64,000 nt of DNA from Camelus ferus (Eukaryota), in contig NC_045696.1 in NCBI RefSeq assembly GCF_009834535.1, positions 112,532,001-112,596,000 on the forward strand, read 5' to 3'. Shown here in pieces: positions 1 through 10,968 of the stretch. Position numbers and translations under genes: made by a program. The notes below the pieces were generated by a model. It did no database searches. It saw only the letters and a program-made list of their open reading frames with translations, and was not told the DNA's origin. Every line of letters starts with the position of its first letter. Within the stretch, counting starts at the first letter, position 1.

Positions 1-20
1 TCCCAGAGACTCTAGTGTAA

Positions 21-500
21 TGTCCTACGCAGAGGCTACTCCCAGAAATGCATACAAAGATCTAAGTAAATTTTAGATCAAATGGAAAGACTCAAGATGC
101 TCGCTTTAAAATTTAATGGTAATATTTTGCTTTTAATTTTTTAATTAACATGCATAAAATACGTGAAATTACTTTACAGACTTAAAGTTGCCATATATAA
201 AGTTGCCATTGCCAATATATATATATTTTACAAATTTAAAGTTGCCATTATATATTAGATCTTTTGACAATTTGTCCCACACAGAGGAGAATCCCAGCAG
301 TGCTTACAAAAAGCTAAATAAACTTCAGATCAAATGGAAAGATTCAAGAAGCATAGATGCTCATTTTAAAATTTAATAGAACTATTTTGCTTTTAGTTTT
401 TTAATATAACGTTTCCTTACATAAGCATAAAACTATGTGAAATCGTTTTATAAACTTTAAATCGCTGTTATATTAGTTATTTGGATGATTTGACTTTCAC
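21..500. repeat. Diverged tandem duplication, unit ~250 bp (2 copies visible)
   Basis: AGATCAAATGGAAAGA occurs at 75-90 and 327-342. Flanks are colinear: tgtcctacgcagagg/tgtcccacacagagg, aaaatttaat, tattttgctttta, gcataaaa..gtgaaat. Confidence 0.85.
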
Positions 501-3500
501 CCAATCTGATCCTCAATGGCACTGTGCGCCCTCTTCCAAGTAGGTAAAACGGAGGTCCACCTATTTGCGCAATCTGCTCTGGAGAGAAAGAGAATCATAT
601 TTTTCCCACATCCTAGAGGAAGTTTTTCGGATATGTTCTGGGCCACCTCCCTTTAGCAGTGCCCTCTGCAGCACGGCTTTAGGAAAATGTTGACTGTCCC
701 CTCCTAGGGAGCTAGCCACCTGAGGTCAACAGCAGCCCTAGTAGGAGTTACTCCTTTGCTTTGACACTGGAGAAGCTTCGGATCTAAGAGACCAGCTGAA
801 GGACGTGCAGGGAGGCTTCCCAAGTTGATGGGCAGCCGATGACTTTGGCCAAGTGGTAACGGGGGTGGGAAGGCCCCAAGCCTTTAGCAGGATCAGGATG
901 TCTTCCTTGACCTTGCTCTACAAACTGAGGGTGTTTTCCATCTGGGAATAGGTAAAGGAGATGATTATAGGGGTTATATGGACAGAACATTAAATAACAC
1001 TGAGTCACAGCATGACAGTATTTTTTCCTCTTAAATTTCTTTCAGCCTTGATTAGGCAAACAGAAAAGGAGCTCTGGAGGTTTTCTAGCCTCAGATAAAG
1101 GGACCCAATGAAAAGGATGGGAATAAACAAACATCTTTTCAGCTTTTTCTCAGCCCCACTCCACATGGTTGACTTTCCACGTCCTGCAGACAAAGAAAGC
1201 GCTGTTGCCCAGCTAAAAACAGAGGAGCTAGGATTTGAACCTGGAATTCTGGTGTTAGTGGCATTTCTTTCTCCATCACCCTCTGACTCCCCTTTCTGCC
1301 TGGATTTTCCATCACTGTAGACAGAGACGTCTGCTTCTACAACTGGTGCTATTTCAATGTGCACATCGAGACTTTACGTCCCGGGGCGGGGTGCCAGTGT
1401 TTCCTTCTCAAACACCTTTCAGCCATCTTTAATAATCTAAGCAAAACTCCCAAGGCCAGCTGGCCTGAGGGATGAGCCTTCAGCCATGACCTAAAAGAGG
1501 CACAGGGCTTGATTTGGACAATGGTAAAAACACCTGCAAGCAGGAACTTGTCATTCTACATGAAGCAAAGAGTAAAGCGAGGGAGACTTACATGCTTGTG
1601 ACTTACACAGCCACCTTTTGAAAAAAATTATACATAACCTCACTGCTATGGATAAGGACCATGCTTTATCAGGGTAATGAAATGAGCCATGTTACTCTAA
1701 CCCCACCAGACTCTATGGACTAAAGGTTATCTGTGTACGTGAGCCTTCCTTGCAGCCATAAACAAACCATAAATAAAGATGCACGTTTCCACGGAGTAGA
1801 GATGTCAATTTATGGCTGGAGGCTCCCTTAGCCTGACTTCATGATCTACATGCCTTCTTTTCTCAACATGAAGAAATACTCCTCTTCAAATATAAGATGT
1901 CCAAGATTCAACCAAGTGAATTATCCTTCCAATATCCTGATACAGTCAGTCTTTTATTTTTTCTTGCTACAAAATGTGCATCTGTAACACAAATTAGCAC
2001 TATGGGATTGGTAAGTAGAGGAATGATATCATCTTAAGGAAGAAGTTATAAAGATTTGTATAGGACTTTGACTTTCCCCAGTACATTAATATTTTTCAGG
2101 GAGTAGCAGCAGTTGAACATATTATAGTACAGAAAGCTGGAGAAGAATGTTGTATTATACACAATTCACCCCTGTTCCTCCTCTTGGCTCCATCTGGCCA
2201 CATGCCTTGCTTTAGAAAGATGAATCATACAGTTTTTCCCATTTAATTTGAGCTCCGTAACTCAGCAGTCTCAGCTCTACCAAGTTACTCTTTAAAAAAA
2301 AAAATGTAACATTCCATATATAAAGCACTTCTTTATGAGGAATTAAGCATGCCTTTTTAATGGCACTAGTAATTTTTAATTAGGTGTATCCATGCTGAGA
2401 TTACAAAATTGCATATCTTCTGAGCTGTCTGTTCTAACACTTTGTTCCCATGAGTCTTGCCATTATTAATGTGTCATTTTTCAGAACTCCAGGTTTTTTC
2501 CAAGATTGCACACACTGTATTACAGCAAAAACATCTGAGTTGTTGTTAGCTTGGTAAGCTTATTTGCAGCAACATTCTTCAGAGAAGGCATAGCACTCTT
2601 TCGTAGGACTGTAGACTACTGGCTGTTCCCACTCTTTCTTAGTTTCCAAAGGCAATAGATTTTGGTTATGTAATTACTACTCTGAACTGGCTGAGTTTTA
2701 GTAAAAATAACATTTCACTCTTAAAAATATTGTCCACTATCTATACAACCACTTGAATAATAAGTATGCTTATATAAACATTGTGAGGTTCTCGGGATAG
2801 CACAAGAGTTTTGAGTATGAGTTTACAAGGAGAACAGTGGCAGATCAACCCCCATGGATGAATTAGTGTCCAACTGAAAGCAGAATATTAACTACTATGA
2901 ACTGGTCCCACTGCTCACCACCACTAAGCCCCATGGATGCCTCACTGACTTCACAGAAAAGTAATGTCACAGGGAATTGATTGAGGTGTCAAGGAGAACA
3001 AAAAAGACATCTTTGTTCAGGTTTGCAGTCCGGTGGCTGGAGGCCAGCATATAAAGATATTGCAGTGACCAAATATACCAAGGGAATTTCCTTTCAATTC
3101 TTGGCCAAAGAGGGTCACTAAGAATAAGATTCTGGAAGTACACTAGTTCAAAGAAGCCGTATTTCTTTGGTGCAGTAGGAACTGAGGACACAAGACACCC
3201 ACAGAAAACCACATGGGAAAGGAAAGCTACTTCCAGAAACTTGTTTGTGTCAAGATTAAGCAGTTGGGCCCCAGGAGATGCTAGTCAACCATTCCCCCAA
3301 AACTTCTGCTCCCTCCACTTTTGTTTCATGGATATTAGTGCATGCATGCTCACACATGCACACACATTATCCTGATTTGTTTCAGATTTATCCCTGGGGA
3401 TCATATGATGTCCCAAGACTGATGGAGGCACTCATCCCACAAAGAGTATACAGATTCCTTTGAAAGGGAAAAAACCAAAAGCAACCAAAGACTGTTATGT

Positions 3501-4169
3501 CTCCCTCCTTGATCCTGACAGATTCAGTTTATTCTTCCATAAATATGCACAAACATTAAATTGTAAACTCCTTATGTCCAAGGTAATCGACAGCCAAAAA
3601 ATCAAAATAAGGTCATGAAGAAAAACAAATACATAAGATTTTAAGAGAAATTAATAGTTGCATATGTTCAATATAATGGAGAATGTGTTAACTGACACTG
3701 TATCAGTGACCCCCACATGAACATGGCCCAGCTGCTATGGTGGGGTCACGTCACCACTGCTTCGTGCTCTGTAGAAATTAATTTTTTCCACTGTAGTTCT
3801 CTGTTTAAACCACTCCACAACCCTTAATGTTACTGAAGTTCCACTGGCACAAACACATTATCATCTCCATATTTAGTCTGCCTCTGTTGCTCCCTGAATA
3901 ATGTTGTACAATTAAAGTAATGCTAGTTGGCGCTAACACTATAGTAAATACCATCGCAGTATGGTCACCCAGATGATCACGAATACACTCAGATCCATTC
4001 TACTTAGATTGCCACCTCAATAAAAACAAACAGGATACAGAACATCTCACCCAAGGAAACTTACCAACCCTCAAGAATAGATATACTCAGAGATGCAAAT
4101 CTGAGGACAATGATCTTTGCACAGAAGTACCTAAAAGAACGAACCCATACATTGCAAGACTGAGCGACA

Positions 4170-4360
4170 GCACAGGGTCAGATGTTTCTAGATTCAAATT
4201 CCATCCCTATCACCTTTATTTTGGGGATTTTCAGGCAAGCCATTTAATGTTTCTTAGCCTCAGTTTACTTATCAGCAAAGCCACAACAGCAGCACCCATC
4301 TAAGAACGCAGCAGTATGGATTAAATGAGATAATGCTAGTCAGATATTTAATACAGTAAG
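4170..4360 (+). mobile_element. MIR SINE fragment
   Basis: MIR core: ggcaagccatttaatgtttcttagcctcagtttacttatc ... ggattaaatgagataatgc. Confidence 0.7.
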
Positions 4361-6634
4361 TCTGCAATAGTGTTAGCTATTTCTATGATTTCAGCAACAT
4401 GCATTCAACAAATATATGTTGTGTGTCTAGCACTGGACTTGATGCAGAGTTGGGGGCCTAGAAAGAAAAGGCAGAGTTTACATCCTCAGGGGGATCCAAG
4501 TCTGTGGAAAACACATGAGAAGACGGGACAGTGGGACATGAATGACATGCTAGAGGAGACACTCTAATTATGCTTATTAATTGGGGACTGGCTGTCAGTC
4601 AGCTGAGTTCCTTCCAATTTTAAACAATCCAATCCAATCTCAAGAAGTCTGTAAGGGAGAGAAACAAGGATATAAGTGAGATTTACCATGGGCTCTGAAA
4701 TAGGAGGTCACTGACATGTCTGAAATTTCATGATTACCAGGTACAGGGTGTAATCTGGAGTTTCATCCAGCACAATTCAGGGCCCTAAAGCTCCCAGACC
4801 CCTGCAATCAACACACACCATGGAACTAGCTTCCTTAATTGTTATACACATGGAGAAAATGTCACAATATTGTTACCACTTTTTCTTTGAATCAGAACGA
4901 TTCCTCTTTCCCTCTCTTTTACTTTGAAAATTAAAATTAGAGAATGTTGGATATTGAAATGAAATGTCCTTCCAGAAAGTCTCCAGCTTCAGTGCCGTAA
5001 GGACCACTTGGGCAACTGGCCCCTGTGAATGTTAAGTTTTCCAAGTCACAGCAAGACTACAGATTCCAATCTTTGTTCCTCTGTCATTCTACTCTGCTTG
5101 TTGGGAAAATGAATCCATCTGTAGGTGCAAAATGCAATTTTCAGGAAAATGGCACCTTAAAATATTCTGACACAATGTTCCATCAGCAGTCCTTATAGTT
5201 AGACAAATAAAGACAATGAAGAGCCATGCAGACCTGTTAACATCTGCTCAAAACCTGCGCCCGCATTTCCTTGCCTCTGCTTGCACTAACTCAAGCTAGA
5301 ATTCATTTAGGTAATTCCTTAAACTCAGAATGCTTAGCGTGTCACATTTCCACCAAGTCTCATTTATATAATTAGTGCTAACATATGGCCCACAATCAAC
5401 ATTGGAGATTTGGAATCATTTTTAGCATGCCGTTAGACCTAAAGGGGTATGGATTCAATATGGAGGAAGAGAATTAGGCATGCAAATTCCATTTGCGGTA
5501 ACAAGAGCGTAGCAATGGAAATTTACCCCCAAAAGGTTCGGCTGCTAATCACATCGCAAGCAGAAAGAATTACATTCTTAATAACCTTCACCAAGTGCAA
5601 TAAAAGGAAATAGAAGTTTGTTTTATGTGATGCTTTTGGTTACTATTTCTCCCCCTAAACTCAGAAGCATTTTATAAACCAGTGCTACCAAGATTATCCA
5701 AAAGAATTCTCCTTTGCATAGCCTGCTTTAGGTATCTGAGTCAAGACACCCTCTCGGCATCACTCACTGAGAGTTCATAGCTAGCACTGTGGCATCTACA
5801 GTGACTACTCTTCCTCTGGATTAAACTAGATGGTCTTCTTACTCACGTTTCATTGAATTCTTGTTCTAAAAGTTGGTACCCAAATCTACTCTCATTCCCT
5901 TCATTTTTTTGTAGTAGATAAAAAAAACTCTGAGATGATGGAGAATACAAGAAAAAGTATGGCTAACTGATGTAGTCAGGTTCTAGAGGCTGCACAAATT
6001 AAAAACCTGAATATGTAAGTTAATGGAGAAAATTCCCCTGAACCAACACACCTCATTTTTTCTCATAAATCAATACCATGAATGCTCTTGATAACAGTAC
6101 TTACTGTGTGGCAGGCAATACAGTGCAACAAATATACTACCACCTGATGCTCACAAAACCCCTAAAGTCGAAATTACCTTGATTTCACAGATGAGTAAAC
6201 TGAAGTCACATGATCTCAGGTCCCTCAAATAGTAATGGCAGACAATGCTACAGTCCATGGTTTTGATTCTGCTCCCAAGTTCCTAATTCCTTGTTTATCT
6301 TTGACTTCTCTATCTTTCAGCCTCCATGGTTAATTAGCCATCAAGCCTGGCTGACTCTTAACACCAGAATTACTCAGATCTGTCTGTTCATCCCACGTTA
6401 CCTCATCAGATGAGGGCTTCGTTATTTCAAATAGAAATTAGAACAAATAAACCCTAAGGTCCATTTCAAATTTAAGGTCTGACACACCTACTTACTGCTT
6501 TCTAGATGGTGACTTCCTAGTCCCAACAGTTATGAACATAGCTACAGAACTCTGGCTTTTTCTTATTTCTCATCACCTAGTACATGAATGACACCCAGGA
6601 GGTGGTAAAATGGGTGAACTTCTAGGTGAACCAG

Positions 6635-6750
6635 GGATCACAAATCCTGGATTCAATCTCATTTGTACCACAGAACAGCTGTGCAAACTTGAATAAATCA
6701 CTTAACACTTCCAAACTTAAATGAAAACATCTGTAAAATGAGGCTATAGG
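6635..6750 (+). mobile_element. MIR SINE fragment
   Basis: cctggattcaatc...agctgtgcaaacttgaataaatcacttaac...catctgtaaaatgag. Confidence 0.6.
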
Positions 6751-7012
6751 ACCAAAAAAGTCTAAGAAGGCTTCCACATCAATATGACCCAATCATTCCT
6801 GTGCTGTGGAAACTTAGCCTTCCCTTTGGGAACACATTTTATAACCTCCAGCCTGGGATCCATTCCCTCTCATGGGAGTGTGTGATGAGACACAAAGAAC
6901 CACAAATCTAAACCCGGCATTTCCCCTAAGTTCTGGGGCCCCCAGACGTGTAACTGGGCCAGCTACTTGATGTAAACATCAGTCTTCTCAGCTTTCAAAG
7001 GAGTTGGGATCT

Positions 7013-7310
7013 AAACAGACTCACGGACACCGAAGACAAACTATGGTTACCAAAGGGGAAAGGGCAGGGGAGGAATAAATTAGGAGTTTGGAATTAACAG
7101 ATACACACTACTGTATATAAAATAGACAAACAACAAGGACCTATTGTAAAGCACAGGGAACTATATTCAATGTCTTGTAATAACATTTAATGGAAAAGAA
7201 TCTGAAAAAAAAATACATGTATGCATGTGTATAACCAAATCACTTTGCTGTACACCTGAAACTAACATTGTAAGTCAACTAAACTTCAATAAAAAACAAA
7301 ATGAAAAAAA
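7013..7310 (+). mobile_element. 5'-truncated L1 (cetartiodactyl-type 3' UTR) with poly(A) tail and TSD
   Basis: Contains aaacagactcac...ggttaccaaaggggaaa...gcacagggaactatattcaa...tgctgtacacctgaaact...AATAAA plus A tail. TSD aaaggagttgggatct (6997-7012) / aaaagagttgagatct (7311-7326). Confidence 0.92.
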
Positions 7311-9384
7311 AAAAGAGTTGAGATCTATATGAAGATTCTCACATGCTGGTCTTCGAATGAAGTGTTCAACAGTCCATGGGAAAATGAGGCAAATATAAGA
7401 ATAGTATAGTAAAAATTTCACAAGGCTATATATATTCAGTTAAAAGGAATTTCTTTTGTTCTATAATTATTTATTTCTTACTTTTTTGCATTAAAATCAT
7501 TGAAGACATAATGATGCTTTTCCAAAACATCCTTTGAACATCAGAAAAAATTGGCAATCCAAAGTTAGTCTAACATCTCCAGGAAGTCTCAGGAAGGCTC
7601 TATTTCCCTTAAGAATCACTTATTCTGGTTTTCTGTTTATGATGACTCTCCCCACCCCATCCTTCACACGTGACTCTTCTTTTCTCTCTGCAGGCTCTAT
7701 TAGCTCAGAAGTCAGACCCCCTTTTAACTCATCCCCATTCTACAGTATCCAGCAATAAAAATGTTATATATACGTATTTTTTACAAGGTGTTAGTAATAG
7801 AAGAGGATTTTATTACAGCTTGGGATGATAAGCAACTTAAAATGTAATGCTGCCTGGCTTTGCTCTTAGAAGTCCCTGGGGCAACTCCCCCTCAGATAAT
7901 TCCTCCCTGTCCCTCTTCTCTCCCTGGTTCCCCCCATCCTTATTTTCTCCCTAAATCCCTACATTTCTCATAAAGAACAATCAGATAAGGAAACTTAATG
8001 TTCCAAGACTTGCTAGAGTGGACCACGTCAGTAGGAACAGAGCCTTGTTACTGCAGAGCCCAGCCTCTCCCTGGGCCCCCCCCCCCCCACTGTCGAGTGG
8101 CAGAACGAAATCCTGGGGTTCCCCCAACGTGTGGTAAGTCAGATTGCTGGTTATCCTGGGAACACCACTTAGGCAGGACCTCAATTTGGTCCAGCTAAAG
8201 GAGGGAGCCCTGTGGGATATTGCCATTGAGATGCAAGACAAGGAAAAAAAACTAAGAAAGGAATTTGATGGAGAAGAAATCAAAGTCATTACTTAGATTT
8301 ACTTAGCCAGGCAGTTCACTTGAATAATTATTTTGAAAACTAAAATGATATAAAATCCTTCCCATCCTCTTATCCTATTGTAAACCATAAGAGGAAATGG
8401 GATTAATTGAGATCTTTAGCCCAAAAGACATAGCTCCTTTCCACACAATCTCCTGTCTGCATTGTCAACATCACAGAGACCTGATCTCAGTCCTGAGAGA
8501 TTTTTGAGCCAGTGAAGCAATGCCCACCCACTGATCTGCTCCCATTAATTCTACAGCTGAACAGAAAGGACTATTTAGTATACAACCACCAAATGACACT
8601 CCGTACTATGAAAACAGGAACCTACGCGCACCACATTTCTAAGTGCAGACACGGACCACCACCACCATTTAAAGGAGATGTGTCTAGACTACTGCCACTG
8701 ATCTTTTTTTTCTCCTGAAGTTAGTGGTGAAGGGTTTCAGAACTCACTTTAACTCTACACAGCCATCCCCGAAGCTCAGTTACATCACAAAATTAAACTG
8801 TGCTTAAATGAGTGAGAAAACTGTTTTGATGACAATCGTAAAATTTATTGCAAATGACAGACATTTGCTTATAAGGAAAAACATGGCACAAACTGTTATT
8901 TGTGGGTATAGATTGTACTGCATGTGTGTGTGTATGTTAGTTCCATGCTCAAACCACACGTGCTCATGTATGATGATATAAAGGCATTTGTATGGTATGT
9001 GTTATGTGCTGACAAATTAACTTTCGGGATTAGAAGAGTGGGAACTGAGTCCAATTAGGCATTTTGCAAAAAACAGGCTCATCAGCTGTGATGGTTTCAT
9101 AAAAGAATTCATAGAGGAATTTAAATTTTAAGAATCATTATCAGAACAGTTAATCTGAAACCAACAAGTGCTGCACATGGGCTTGAAAAATGGAAACAAC
9201 ATTTCAACAAAACTGGACCCTGATGAAACTTTTTTTGATTAGACTGTCCAGGAAGAATTTGCCTTTTCTCTGACTCAATATTTTCTATGGCAAAAGCAAA
9301 AAAGAGCTTGGCTTTATTGTAACATAAAAGAGAGTGAGGACTTGGATTTAAAAGGCAGTTTGGTTTGCATTTGTCACCTGTGTA

Positions 9385-10170
9385 GAACTATATATGAGTT
9401 TGGCAGTTATTAAAAAAATTAAACAGAATTTACATACGATCCAACAATTCCATTTTTAATTATATATCCAAAAGAATTGAAAGCAGGGACTCAAAGAGAT
9501 CCTTGTTTGTCAGTGATCACTGCAGCATTATTTACAGTAGCCGAAAAGTGAAATAAAGCAAATGTCCATCAATGGATAAATGTATAAACAAAATGTGACA
9601 TACATATACAATGGAATATTATGCAGCCTTCAAAAGAAAGAAAATTCTCACAAGGACCTTTTGTATAGCAGAAGGGACTATATTCAATTTCTTGTAATAA
9701 CATATCATAGAAAAAATCTGAAAAGAAAAAAATGCATGTATATGTATAAATGAATCATTTTGTTGTACACCTGAAACTAACATTGTGAATCAACTACACT
9801 TCATTAAATTAAAAAAAAAAATGAGATTCCTATACATGGTACAGCAAGCGTGAGCTTGAAAACCTTATGCTGTGTGAAATAAGAAGATACAGAAGGAAAA
9901 ATACTGTGTGATTCCACCTGTGGGCAGGACCTAGAACAGGCAAATTCATAGAGAAAGAAAGTAGAATGGAGGTTACCTGGGGCTGGGGAAAGATGAGTGG
10001 GGAATTATTATTTAATTGGCACAGAATTTATTTGAGATGATAGAAAAGTTCTGGAAATGGATAGTAGTGATGGTTGCACAATATTGTGAATATACTTAAT
10101 GCTACCAAAGCGTACACCTAAAAACAGTTAAAATGGTAAATTTAATGTTAGTTGTATTTTATTACTATAT
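9385..10170 (+). mobile_element. Old eutherian L1 3' end (L1MB-like), interrupted by a younger L1
   Basis: ORF2-end motifs (gatccaacaattcc, aatgtccatcaatgga, aatggaatattatgcagcc) and an L1MB-type 3' UTR (aaaagttctggaaatggatagtagtgatggttgcacaa). Confidence 0.88.
9650..9820 (+). mobile_element. Short lineage-specific L1 3' end nested inside the L1MB-like element
   Basis: caaggacct...gactatattcaa...tgtacacctgaaactaacattgtgaatcaactacacttc plus A tail. Same family as 7013-7310. Confidence 0.88.
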
Positions 10171-10794
10171 ATATATAGTCTTTCTGGGTTTGAAGTTATT
10201 GAAATTTAACATCACAAGAAACTTAACATCTGTCTATAAATTTTTTTTTTAGTTGGAGAGAAACTGAGTGTCTACTGGGCTGAAAATAAAGATTCTCTGG
10301 GGGAATGAAGAGGTGAGCTGTTCCCCAAAATCCGAGCATAAGACACTGATGTCCTAAGGATCTAAATGGAAAATACATCGTTCTCTAACAAAGCCCATGG
10401 AGCAATGGAAACTCTAGGGCTGAAGTAGAAATTTTGAAAAGGAGGGGAAGGTGGATTGCTTCTGACCTAGAAAAAGGTCAACTTCATGTGGCCCAGATTA
10501 AACCTGGAATGCTGCTTGCCTCTCTCCCTACTCTCATCTTAATACTGGCCCAGCCAAGGCTGATCTGACCACCTCTCAAGTCCTCTAACCTCTCCCTCCA
10601 AGAAGTCACCTTTAACCTGCACATCATTAACTGTGTATGTGTGTGGGTGTGAGGAGAAAGGTGAGGGGAGAGGATGTGTGAGCTCCATGCACCTACATAA
10701 GGGTCAGGCAGGAACGTCACAGGTCACGTGGATCATCAATAAATATGGCCATCCTTGTCACCTCCAGCCAGCCCAGGTTTAGTTTGGAGAAGAC

Positions 10795-10968
10795 AGATGC
10801 AGTGTGGCCAAACTTCTGATTTTCCAAAAGAAGCCAGAAATCTGGATTGGGATTGAAATCTCTTAATTTTTAAAATGTTGGCTCAATGTTCTAAAACACC
10901 ATGCATGCCAAGTAAAACATCTGTAGTCCCGACTCCCTCCACCCAGCTGCCAGTGCGCTATCCTCTGC
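10795..10968 (-). mobile_element. hAT-Charlie DNA transposon fragment (MER102/Charlie4-like)
   Basis: gattttccaaaagaagccagaaatctggatt...gaaatctcttaatttttaaaatgttggc...cctctg is the reverse complement of the recalled MER102/Charlie4 5' end. Confidence 0.7.

Noticed and set aside
175..260. AAAGTTGCCAT repeats as a CRISPR-like array
   Set aside because: Repeats are short and irregularly spaced, there are no cas genes, and the context is mammalian.
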